From the NCBI GenBank assembly GCA_032718475.1, contig JAUCBJ010000069.1:92332-156331 (forward strand): a DNA stretch of 64,000 nucleotides, in the 5' to 3' direction. The position numbers were made by a program, and so were the translations under genes. Shown here in pieces: positions 50,701 through 64,000 of the stretch (its first letter is position 1; each line of letters opens with the position of its first letter). The DNA comes from Nemertoderma westbladi (taxonomy: Eukaryota > Animalia > Xenacoelomorpha). The notes under the pieces are model-generated. The model searched no databases and was not told the DNA's origin. It saw nothing but the letters and a program-made list of their open reading frames with translations.

Positions 50701-53700
50701 ACTCTACAACACAAGGTTGCTATTTAACCTAAAACCTCGCTCTCACACGGCTACTCTATACAACACAAGGTGCTATTTAACCTAAAACCTCGCTCCACAA
50801 TGGCTACTATATACAACACAAGGTGCTATTTAACCTAAAACCTCACTGCCACACGGCTACTCTATACAACACAAGGTGCTATTTAACCTAAAACCTCGCT
50901 CCACAATGGCTACTATATACAACACAAGGTGCTATTTAACCTAAAACCTCGCTCTCACACGGCTACTCTATACAACACAAGGTGCTATTTAACCTAAAAC
51001 CTCGCTCCACAATGGCTACTCTATACAACACAAGGTGCTATTTAACCTAAAACCTCACTCCCACACGGCTACTCTACAACACAAGGTGCTATTTAACCTA
51101 AAACCTCGCTCCACAATGGCTACTCTCTACAACACAAGGTTGCTATTTAACCTAAAACCTCGCTCCACAATGGCTACTCTACAACACAAGGTTGCTATTT
51201 AACCTAAAACCTCGCTCCACAATGGCTACTATATACAACACAAGGTTCTATTTAACCTAAAACCTCACTGTCACACGGCTACTCTACAACACAAGGTTGC
51301 TATTTAACCTAAAACCTCGCTCTCACACGGCTACTCTATACAACACAAGGTGCTATTTAACCTAAAACCTCGCTCCACAATGGCTACTATATACAACACA
51401 AGGTGCTATTTAACCTAAAACCTCGCTCCACAATGGCTACTCTCTACAACACAAGGTTGCTATTTAACCTAAAACCTCGCTCTCACACGGCTACTCTACA
51501 CAACACAAGGTGCTATTTAACCTAAAACCTCGCTCCACAATGGCTACTCTACAACACAAGGTGCTATTTAACCTAAAACCTCGCTCCACAATGGCTACTA
51601 TATACAACACAAGGTGCTATTTAACCTAAAACCTCGCTCCACAATGGCTACTCTCTACAACACAAGGTGCTATTTAACCTAAAACCTCGCTCTCACACGG
51701 CTACTCTACAACACAAGGTTGCTATTTAACCTAAAACCTCGCTCCACAATGGCTACTCTATACAACACAAGGTTGCTATTTAACCTAAAACCTCGCTCCA
51801 CAATGGCTACTCTACAACACAAGGTTGCTATTTAACCTAAAACCTCGCTGCCACACGGCTACTCTATACAACACAAGGTGCTATTTAACCTAAAACCTCG
51901 CTGCCATACGGCTACTCTACAACACAAGGTTGCTATTTAACCTAAAACCTCGCTCCACAATGGCTACTCTATACAACACAAGGTTCTATTTAACCTAAAA
52001 CCTCACTGTCACACGGCTACTCTATACAACACAAGGTGCTATTTAACCTAAAACCTCGCTGCCACACGGCTACTCTACAACACAAGGTTGCTATTTAACC
52101 TAAAACCTCGCTCCACAATGGCTACTCTATACAACACAAGGTTCTATTTAACCTAAAACCTCACTGTCACACGGCTACTCTATACAACACAAGGTGCTAT
52201 TTAACCTAAAACCCCGCTGTCACACGGCTACTCTATACAACACAAGGTTGCTATTTAACCTAAAACCTCGCTGCCATACGGCTACTCTACAACACAAGGT
52301 TGCTATTTAACCTAAAACCTCGCTCCACAATGGCTACTCTATACAACACAAGGTTCTATTTAACCTAAAACCTCACTGTCACACGGCTACTCTATACAAC
52401 ACAAGGTGCTATTTAACCTAAAACCCCGCTGTCACACGGCTACTCTATACAACACAAGGTTGCTATTTAACCTAAAACCTCGCTGCCATACGGCTACTCT
52501 ACAACACAAGGTTGCTATTTAACCTAAAACCTCGCTCCACAATGGCTACTCTATACAACACAAGGTGCTATTTAACCTAAAACCTCGCTCCCACACGGCT
52601 ACTCTATACAACACAAGGTTGCTATTTAACCTAAAACCTCACTGTCACACGGCTACTCTATACAACACAAGGTGCTATTTAACCTAAAACCTCGCTGCCA
52701 CACGGCTACTCTATACAACACAAGGTTGCTATTTAACCTAAAACCTCGCTCCACAATGGCTACTCTATACAACACAAGGTGCTATTTAACCTAAAACCTC
52801 GCTCCACAATGGCTACTCTATACAACACAAGGTTGCTATTTAACCTAAAACCTCGCTGTCACACGGCTACTCTATACAACACAAGGTGCTATTTAACCTA
52901 AAACCTCACTGACACACGGCTACTCTATACAACACAAGGTTCTATTTAACCTAAAACCTCACTGTCACACGGCTACTCTATACAACACAAGGTGCTATTT
53001 AACCTAAAACCTCGCTCCACAATGGCTACTATATACAACACAAGGTGCTATTTAACCTAAAACCTCGCTCCCACACGGCTACTCTATACAACACAAGGTT
53101 GCTATTTAACCTAAAACCTCGCTCCACAATGGCTACTCTATACAACACAAGGTGCTATTTAACCTAAAACCTCGCTCCACAATGGCTACTCTATACAACA
53201 CAAGGTTGCTATTTAACCTAAAACCTCGCTGTCACACGGCTACTCTATACAACACAAGGTGCTATTTAACCTAAAACCTCACTGACACACGGCTACTCTA
53301 TACAACACAAGGTTCTATTTAACCTAAAACCTCACTGTCACACGGCTACTCTATACAACACAAGGTGCTATTTAACCTAAAACCTCGCTCCACAATGGCT
53401 ACTATATACAACACAAGGTGCTATTTAACCTAAAACCTCGCTCCCACACGGCTACTCTATACAACACAAGGTTGCTATTTAACCTAAAACCTCGCTCCAC
53501 AATGGCTACTCTCTACAACACAAGGTGCTATTTAACCTAAAACCTCGCTCCCACACGGCTACTCTATACAACACAAGGTTGCTATTTAACCTAAAACCTC
53601 GCTCCACAATGGCTACTCTCTACAACACAAGGTTGCTATTTAACCTAAAACCTCGCTCTCACACGGCTACTCTACAACACAAGGTTGCTATTTAACCTAA

Positions 53701-56700
53701 AACCTCGCTCCACAATGGCTACTCTATACAACACAAGGTTGCTATTTAACCTAAAACCTCGCTCCACAATGGCTACTCTACAACACAAGGTTGCTATTTA
53801 ACCTAAAACCTCGCTGCCATACGGCTACTCTACAACACAAGGTTGCTATTTAACCTAAAACCTCGCTCCACAATGGCTACTCTATACAACACAAGGTTGC
53901 TATTTAACCTAAAACCTCACTGTCACACGGCTACTCTATACAACACAAGGTGCTATTTAACCTAAAACCTCGCTGCCACACGGCTACTCTATACAACACA
54001 AGGTTGCTATTTAACCTAAAACCTCGCTCCACAATGGCTACTCTATACAACACAAGGTTCTATTTAACCTAAAACCTCACTGTCACACGGCTACTCTATA
54101 CAACACAAGGTTGCTATTTAACCTAAAACCTCGCTCCACAATGGCTACTCTATACAACACAAGGTTCTATTTAACCTAAAACCTCACTGTCACACGGCTA
54201 CTCTATACAACACAAGGTTCTATTTAACCTAAAAACCCCGCTGCCACACGGCTACTCTATACAACACAAGGTGCTATTTAACCTAAAACCTCGCTCCACA
54301 ATGGCTACTCTATACAACACAAGGTTCTATTTAACCTAAAACCTCACTGTCACACGGCTACTCTATACAACACAAGGTTCTATTTAACCTAAAAACCCCG
54401 CTGCCACACGGCTACTCTATACAACACAAGGTGCTATTTAACCTAAAACCTCGCTGCCACACGGCTACTCTATACAACACAAGGTGCTATTTAACCTAAA
54501 ACCTCACTGTCACACGGCTACTCTATACAACACAAGGTGCTATTTAACCTAAAACCTCGCTGCCACACGGCTACTCTATACAACACAAGGTTCTATTTAA
54601 CCTAAAACCTCACTGTCACACGGCTACTCTATACAACACAAGGTTCTATTTAACCTAAAAACCCCGCTGCCACACGGCTACTCTATACAACACAAGGTGC
54701 TATTTAACCTAAAACCTCGCTGCCACACGGCTACTCTATACAACACAAGGTGCTATTTAACCTAAAACCTCACTGTCACACGGCTACTCTATACAACACA
54801 AGGTGCTATTTAACCTAAAACCTCGCTGCCACACGGCTACTCTATACAACACAAGGTTGCTATTTAACCTAAAACCTCGCTGCCATACGGCTACTCTACA
54901 ACACAAGGTTGCTATTTAACCTAAAACCTCGCTCCACAATGGCTACTCTATACAACACAAGGTTCTATTTAACCTAAAAACCCCGCTGCCACACGGCTAC
55001 TCTATACAACACAAGGTGCTATTTAACCTAAAACCTCGCTGCCACACGGCTACTCTATACAACACAAGGTGCTATTTAACCTAAAACCTCACTGCCACAC
55101 GGCTACTCTATACAACACAAGGTGCTATTTAACCTAAAACCTCGCTGCCACACGGCTACTCTATACAACACAAGGTGCTATTTAACCTAAAACCTCGCTG
55201 CCACACGGCTACTCTATACAACACAAGGTGCTATTTAACCTAAAACCTCGCTGCCACACGGCTACTCTATACAACACAAGGTGCTATTTAACCTAAAACC
55301 TCGCTGCCACACGGCTACTCTATACAACACAAGGTGCTATTTAACCTAAAACCTCGCTGTCACACGGCTACTCTATACAACACAAGGTGCTATTTAACCT
55401 AAAACCTCGCTCTCACACGGCTACTCTATACAACACAAGGTTGCTATTTAACCTAAAACCTCGCTCTCACACGGCTACTCTATACAACACAAGGTGCTAT
55501 TTAACCGAAAACCTCGCTCTCACACGGCTACTCTATACAACACAAGGTGCTATTTAACCGAAAACCCCGCTGCCACACGGCTACTCTATACAACACAAGG
55601 TTGCTATTTAACCTAAAACCTCGCTCCACAATGGCTACTCTATACAACACAAGGTTGCTATTTAACCTAAAACCTCGCTGCCACACGGCTACTCTATACA
55701 ACACAAGGTGCTATTTAACCTAAAACCTCGCTGTCACACGGCTACTCTATACAACACAAGGTGCTATTTAACCTAAAACCTCGCTCCACAATGGCTACTC
55801 TATACAACACAAGGTTGCTATTTAACCTAAAACCTCGCTGCCACACGGCTACTCTATACAACACAAGGTGCTATTTAACCTAAAACCTCGCTGTCACACG
55901 GCTACTCTATACAACACAAGGTGCTATTTAACCTAAAACCTCGCTCCACAATGGCTACTCTATACAACACAAGGTTGCTATTTAACCTAAAACCTCGCTG
56001 CCACACGGCTACTCTATACAACACAAGGTGCTATTTAACCTAAAACCCCGCTGCCACACGGCTACTCTATACAACACAAGGTGCTATTTAACCTAAAACC
56101 TCGGCCCACAATGGCTACTCTATACAACACAAGGTTGCTATTTAACCTAAAACCTCACTGCCACACGGCTACTCTACAACACAAGGTTGCTATTTAACCT
56201 AAAACCCCGCTCTCACACGGCTACTCTATACAACACAAGGTGCTATTTAACCTAAAACCTCGCTCCACAATGGCTACTCTATACAACACAAGGTTGCTAT
56301 TTAACCTAAAACCTCGCTGCCACACGGCTACTCTATACAACACAAGGTTGCTATTTAACCTAAAACCTCGCTCCACAATGGCTACTCTATACAACACAAG
56401 GTGCTATTTAACCTAAAACCTCGCTCTCACACGGCTACTCTATACAACACAAGGTTGCTATTTAACCTAAAACCTCGCTCCACAATGGCTACTCTATACA
56501 ACACAAGGTGCTATTTAACCTAAAACCTCGCTCCACAATGGCTACTCTATACAACACAAGGTTGCTATTTAACCTAAAACCTCGCTGCCACACGGCTACT
56601 CTATACAACACAAGGTTGCTATTTAACCTAAAACCTCGCTCCACAATGGCTACTCTATACAACACAAGGTGCTATTTAACCTAAAACCTCGCTCCACAAT

Positions 56701-59700
56701 GGCTACTCTATACAACACAAGGTTGCTATTTAACCTAAAACCTCGCTGCCACACGGCTACTCTATACAACACAAGGTTGCTATTTAACCTAAAACCTCGC
56801 TCCACAATGGCTACTCTATACAACACAAGGTGCTATTTAACCTAAAACCTCACTGACACACGGCTACTCTATACAACACAAGGTGCTATTTAACCTAAAA
56901 CCTCACTGTCACACGGCTACTCTATACAACACAAGGTGCTATTTAACCTAAAACCTCGCTCCACAATGGCTACTCTACAACACAAGGTGCTATTTAGCCT
57001 AAAACCTCACTGTCACACGGCTACTCTATACAACACAAGGTGCTATTTAACCTAAAACCTCGCTGTCACACGGCTACTCTATACAACACAAGGTGCTATT
57101 TAACCTAAAACCTCGCTGCCACACGGCTACTCTACACAACACAAGGTTGCTATTTAACCTAAAACCTCACTGCCACACGGCTACTCTATACAACACAAGG
57201 TGCTATTTAACCTAAAACCTCACTGTCACACGGCTACTCTATACAACACAAGGTGCTATTTAACCTAAAACCTCACTGTCACACGGCTACTCTATACAAC
57301 ACAAGGTGCTATTTAACCTAAAACCTCACTGACACACGGCTACTCTATACAACACAAGGTGCTATTTAACCTAAAACCTCACTGTCACACGGCTACTCTA
57401 TACAACACAAGGTTGCTATTTAACCTAAAACCTCGCTGCCACACGGCTACTCTATACAACACAAGGTTGCTATTTAACCTAAAACCTCGCTGCCACACGG
57501 CTACTCTATACAACACAAGGTCCTATTTAACCTAAAACCTCACTGCCACACGGCTACTCTACACAACACAAGGTCCTATTTAACCTAAAACCTCGCTGCC
57601 ACACGGCTACTCTATACAACACAAGGTTGCTATTTAACCTAAAACCTCGCTGCCACACGGCTACTCTATACAACACAAGGTCCTATTTAACCTAAAACCT
57701 CACTGCCACACGGCTACTCTATACAACACAAGGTGCTATTTAACCTAAAACCTCGCTGTCACACGGCTACTCTCTACAACACAAGGTTGCTATTTAACCT
57801 AAAACCTCGCTCCACAATGGCTACTCTATACAACACAAGGTGCTATTTAACCTAAAACCTCGCTGCCACACGGCTACTCTATACAACACAAGGTTGCTAT
57901 TTAACCTAAAACCTCGCTCCACAATGGCTACTCTATACAACACAAGGTTGCTATTTAACCTAAAACCTCGCTGCCACACGGCTACTCTATACAACACAAG
58001 GTTGCTATTTAACCTAAAACCCCGCTCTCACACGGCTACTCTACAACACAAGGTGCTATTTAACCTAAAACCTCACTGTCACACGGCTACTCTATACAAC
58101 ACAAGGTGCTATTTAACCTAAAACCCCGCTCTCACACGGCTACTCTACAACACAAGGTGCTATTTAACCTAAAACCTCACTGTCACACGGCTACTCTATA
58201 CAACACAAGGTGCTATTTAACCTATAACCCCGCTGCCACACGGCTACTCTATACAACACAAGGTGCTATTTAACCTAAAACCTCGCTGCCACACGGCTAC
58301 TCTATACAACACAAGGTGCTATTTAACCTAAAACCTCGCTGCCACACGGCTACTCTATACAACACAAGGTTGCTATTTAACCTAAAACCCCGCTCTCACA
58401 CGGCTACTCTACAACACAAGGTGCTATTTAACCTAAAACCTCACTGTCACACGGCTACTCTATACAACACAAGGTGCTATTTAACCTAAAACCCCGCTCT
58501 CACACGGCTACTCTACAACACAAGGTGCTATTTAACCTAAAACCTCACTGTCACACGGCTACTCTATACAACACAAGGTGCTATTTAACCTAAAACCTCG
58601 CTCTCACACGGCTACTCTATACAACACAAGGTGCTATTTAACCTAAAACCCCACTGCCACACGGCTACTCTATACAACACAAGGTTGCTATTTAACCTAA
58701 AACCTCACTGCCACACGGCTACTCTATACAACACAAGGTTCTATTTAACCTAAAACCTCGCTCTCACACGGCTACTCTATACAACACAAGGTGCTATTTA
58801 ACCTAAAACCTCACTGCCACACGGCTACTCTATACAACACAAGGTTCTATTTAACCTAAAACCTCGCTCTCACACGGCTACTCTATACAACACAAGGTGC
58901 TATTTAACCTAAAACCTCACTGTCACACGGCTACTCTATACAACACAAGGTGCTATTTAACCTAAAACCTCGCTCTCACACGGCTACTCTATACAACACA
59001 AGGTGCTATTTAACCTAAAACCTCGCTGTCACACGGCTACTCTATACAACACAAGGTGTTATTTAACCTAAAACCTCGCTGTCACACGGCTACTCTATAC
59101 AACACAAGGTGCTATTTAACCTAAAACCTCGCTGCCACACGGCTACTCTATACAACACAAGGTGCTATTTAACCTAAAACCTCGCTGTCACACGGCTACT
59201 CTATACAACACAAGGTGCTATTTAACCTAAAACCTCGCTCCACAATGGCTACTCTACAACACAAGGTGCTATTTAACCTAAAACCTCGCTCCACAATGGC
59301 TACTCTATACAACACAAGGTTGCTATTTAACCTAAAACCTCGCTGCCACACGGCTACTCTATACAACACAAGGTGCTATTTAACCTAAAACCCCGCTGCC
59401 ACACGGCTACTCTATACAACACAAGGTGCTATTTAACCTAAAACCTCGCTCCACAATGGCTACTCTATACAACACAAGGTTGCTATTTAACCTAAAACCT
59501 CACTGCCACACGGCTACTCTACAACACAAGGTTGCTATTTAACCTAAAACCCCGCTCTCACACGGCTACTCTATACAACACAAGGTGCTATTTAACCTAA
59601 AACCTCGCTCCACAATGGCTACTCTATACAACACAAGGTTGCTATTTAACCTAAAACCTCGCTGCCACACGGCTACTCTACAACACAAGGTGCTATTTAA

Positions 59701-62700
59701 CCTAAAACCTCGCTGCCACACGGCTACTCTATACAACACAAGGTGCTATTTAACCTAAAACCTCGCTGCCACACGGCTACTCTATACAACACAAGGTCCT
59801 ATTTAACCTAAAACCCCGCTGCCACACGGCTACTCTATACAACACAAGGTCCTATTTAACCTAAAACCCCGCTGCCACACGGCTACTCTATACAACACAA
59901 GGTTGCTATTTAACCTAAAACCTCGCTCCACAATGGCTACTCTATACAACACAAGGTGCTATTTAACCTAAAACCTCGCTGCCACACGGCTACTCTATAC
60001 AACACAAGGTTGCTATTTAACCTAAAACCTCGCTCCACAATGGCTACTCTATACAACACAAGGTTGCTATTTAACCTAAAACCTCGCTCTCACACGGCTA
60101 CTCTATACAACACAAGGTTGCTATTTAACCTAAAACCTCGCTCCACAATGGCTACTCTATACAACACAAGGTGCTATTTAACCTAAAACCTCGCTCCACA
60201 ATGGCTACTCTATACAACACAAGGTTGCTATTTAACCTAAAACCTCGCTGCCACACGGCTACTCTACACAACACAAGGTGCTATTTAACCTAAAACCTCG
60301 CTCCCACACGGCTACTCTATACAACACAAGGTTGCTATTTAACCTAAAACCTCGCTCCACAATGGCTACTCTATACAACACAAGGTGCTATTTAACCTAA
60401 AACCTCGCTCCACAATGGCTACTCTATACAACACAAGGTGCTATTTAACCTAAAACCTCACTGTCACACGGCTACTCTATACAACACAAGGTGCTATTTA
60501 ACCTAAAACCTCGCTGCCACACGGCTACTCTATACAACACAAGGTTGCTATTTAACCTAAAACCTCGCTCCACAATGGCTACTCTATACAACACAAGGTG
60601 CTATTTAACCTAAAACCTCACTGTCACACGGCTACTCTATACAACACAAGGTGCTATTTAACCTAAAACCTCGCTCCACAATGGCTACTCTATACAACAC
60701 AAGGTGCTATTTAACCTAAAACCTCACTGACACACGGCTACTCTATACAACACAAGGTGCTATTTAACCTAAAACCTCACTGTCACACGGCTACTCTATA
60801 CAACACAAGGTTGCTATTTAACCTAAAACCTCGCTGCCACACGGCTACTCTATACAACACAAGGTGCTATTTAACCTAAAACCTCGCTCCCACACGGCTA
60901 CTCTATACAACACAAGGTTGCTATTTAACCTAAAACCTCGCTCCCACACGGCTACTCTATACAACACAAGGTTGCTATTTAACCTAAAACCTCGCTCCAC
61001 AATGGCTACTCTACAACACAAGGTGCTATTTAACCTAAAACCTCGCTGTCACACGGCTACTCTATACAACACAAGGTGCTATTTAACCTAAAACCTCGCT
61101 CCCACACGGCTACTCTATACAACACAAGGTGCTATTTAACCTAAAACCTCGCTGCCACACGGCTACTCTATACAACACAAGGTGCTATTTAACCTAAAAC
61201 CTCGCTCCCACACGGCTACTCTATACAACACAAGGTTGCTATTTAACCTAAAACCTCGCTCCACAATGGCTACTCTACAACACAAGGTTGCTATTTAACC
61301 TAAAACCTCGCTCCCACACGGCTACTCTATACAACACAAGGTTGCTATTTAACCTAAAACCTCGCTCCACAATGGCTACTCTATACAACACAAGGTGCTA
61401 TTTAACCTAAAACCTCGCTGCCACACGGCTACTCTATACAACACAAGGTGCTATTTAACCTAAAACCTCGCTCCACAATGGCTACTCTACAACACAAGGT
61501 GCTATTTAACCTAAAACCTCGCTGTCACACGGCTACTCTATACAACACAAGGTGCTATTTAACCTAAACCCTCACTGCCACACGGCTACTCTATACAACA
61601 CAAGGTTGCTATTTAACCTAAAACCTCACTGTCACACGGCTACTCTATACAACACAAGGTTGCTATTTAACCTAAAACCTCGCTCCACAATGGCTACTCT
61701 ACAACACAAGGTGCTATTTAACCTAAAACCTCGCTGTCACACGGCTACTCTATACAACACAAGGTGCTATTTAACCTAAAACCTCACTGCCACACGGCTA
61801 CTCTATACAACACAAGGTGCTATTTAACCTAAAACCTCGCTCCACAATGGCTACTCTACAACACAAGGTGCTATTTAACCTAAAACCTCACTGCCACACG
61901 GCTACTCTATACAACACAAGGTGCTATTTAACCTAAAACCTCACTGCCACACGGCTACTCTATACAACACAAGGTGCTATTTAACCTAAAACCTCGCTCC
62001 ACAATGGCTACTCTATACAACACAAGGTTCTATTTAACCTAAAACCTCGCTCCACAATGGCTACTCTACAACACAAGGTGCTATTTAACCTAAAACCTCG
62101 CTGTCACACGGCTACTCTATACAACACAAGGTGCTATTTAACCTAAAACCCCGCTGCCACACGGCTACTCTACAACACAAGGTTGCTATTTAACCTAAAA
62201 CCTCACTGTCACACGGCTACTCTATACAACACAAGGTTGCTATTTAACCTAAAACCTCACTGCCACACGGCTACTCTATACAACACAAGGTTGCTATTTA
62301 ACCTAAAACCTCGCTGTCACACGGCTACTCTATACAACACAAGGTTGCTATTTAACCTAAAACCTCGCTCCACAATGGCTACTCTACAACACAAGGTGCT
62401 ATTTAACCTAAAACCTCACTGCCACACGGCTACTCTATACAACACAAGGTTGCTATTTAACCTAAAACCTCGCTGCCACACGGCTACTCTATACAACACA
62501 AGGTGCTATTTAACCTAAAACCTCACTGTCACACGGCTACTCTATACAACACAAGGTGCTATTTAACCTAAAACCTCGCTGCCACACGGCTACTCTATAC
62601 AACACAAGGTGCTATTTAACCTAAAACCTCACTGTCACACGGCTACTCTACAACACAAGGTGCTATTTAACCTAAAACCTCACTGTCACACGGCTACTCT

Positions 62701-63998
62701 ATACAACACAAGGTTCTATTTAACCTAAAACCTCGTTGCCACACGGCTACTCTACAACACAAGGTGCTATTTAACCTAAAACCTCACTGCCACACGGCTA
62801 CTCTATACAACACAAGGTGCCATTTAACCTAAAACCTCGCTGTCACACGGCTACTCTATACAACACAAGGTTGCTATTTAACCTAAAACCTCACTGTCAC
62901 ACGGCTACTCTATACAACACAATGTGCTATTTAACCTAAAACCTCACTGTCACACGGCTACTCTATACAACACAAGGTGCTATTTAACCTAAAACCTCAC
63001 TGTCACACGGCTACTCTATACAACACAAGGTGCTATTTAACCTAAAACCTCACTGCCACACGGCTACTCTATACAACACAAGGTGCTATTTAGCCTAAAA
63101 CCTCACTGCCACACGGCTACTCTATACAACACAAGGTGCTATTTAACCTAAAACCTCGCTCCCACACGGCTACTCTATACAACACAAGGTTGCTATTTAA
63201 CCTAAAACCTCACTGCCACACGGCTACTCTACACAACACAAGGTGCTATTTAACCTAAACCCTCACTGCCACACGGCTTCTCTATACAACACAAGGTGCT
63301 ATTTAACCTAAAACCTCACTGCCACACGGCTACTCTATACAACACAAGGTTGCTATTTAACCTAAAACCTCACTGTCACCCGGCTACTCTACAACACAAG
63401 GTTGCTATTTAACCTAAAACCTCGCTGTCACACGGCTACTCTACAACACAAGGTTGCTATTTAACCTAAAACCTCACTGTCACAACGGCTACTCTACAAC
63501 ACAAGGTTGCTATTTAACCTAAAACCTCACTGTCACCCGGCTACTCTACAACACAAGGTTGCTATTTAACCTAAAACCTCACTGCCACACGGCTACTCTA
63601 TACAACACATGGTGCTATTTAACCTAAAACCTCACTGTCACACGGCTACTCTATACAACACAAGGTTGCTATTTAACCTAAAAACCTCGCTGTCACACGG
63701 CTACTCTACAACACAAGGTTGCAATTTAACCTAAAACCTCACTGCCACACGGCTACTCTATACAACACAAGGTGCTATTTAACCTAAAACCTCACTGTCA
63801 CCCGGCTACTCTACAACACAAGGTTGCTATTTAACCTAAAACCTCACTGTCACACGGCTACTCTACAACACAAGGTTGCTATTTAACCTAAAACCTCACT
63901 GTCACACGGCTACTCTACAACACAAGGTTGCTATTTAACCTAAAACCTCACTGTCACACGGCTACTCTATACAACACAAGGTTCTATTTAACCTAAAA
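38710..63998. repeat. Satellite DNA array, right arm; same monomer and orientation, ~475 copies
   Basis: Resumes in register at AATGGCTACTCTATACAAC (38710), the monomer position where the left arm was broken. The last two bases of the window (TG) depart from consensus. Confidence 0.99.
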
Positions 63999-64000
63999 TG

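Noticed and set aside
312-62518. Dozens of short MLFNLKP... ORFs and their antisense counterparts, including the 238-aa ORF at 20350
   Set aside because: They arise wherever 51- and 54-bp monomers run consecutively, nearly all start at GTG/TTG, and break at each 52- or 53-bp unit.
1-64000. CRISPR array interpretation of the 51-54 bp periodic repeat
   Set aside because: There are no unique spacers, only a few recurring variants, no cas genes, and the context is a eukaryotic LINE.

Overview
This is eukaryotic, probably metazoan, satellite DNA. About 53 kb of the window is one head-to-tail array of a 51-54 bp monomer (roughly 1000 copies by length, all in one orientation). The array is interrupted once, at 27964-38709, by an apparently intact ~10.7 kb non-LTR retrotransposon (LINE) with a 6-bp target-site duplication (AATGGC) and an (AAT)n tail. 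ORF2 encodes a complete APE endonuclease plus reverse transcriptase whose motifs look RTEX-like; the clade is not established. ORF1 is very large (~2346 aa). It carries ~1100 aa of 42-aa tandem repeats, a Ulp1/SENP-like (C48) SUMO-protease domain, a coiled coil, a basic NLS-like patch, an RRM-like domain and an N/Y/R/S-rich tail. The best candidate for a new system is a satellite-embedded LINE whose ORF1 carries a deSUMOylase-like domain. The many short ORFs in the satellite are translation artefacts.
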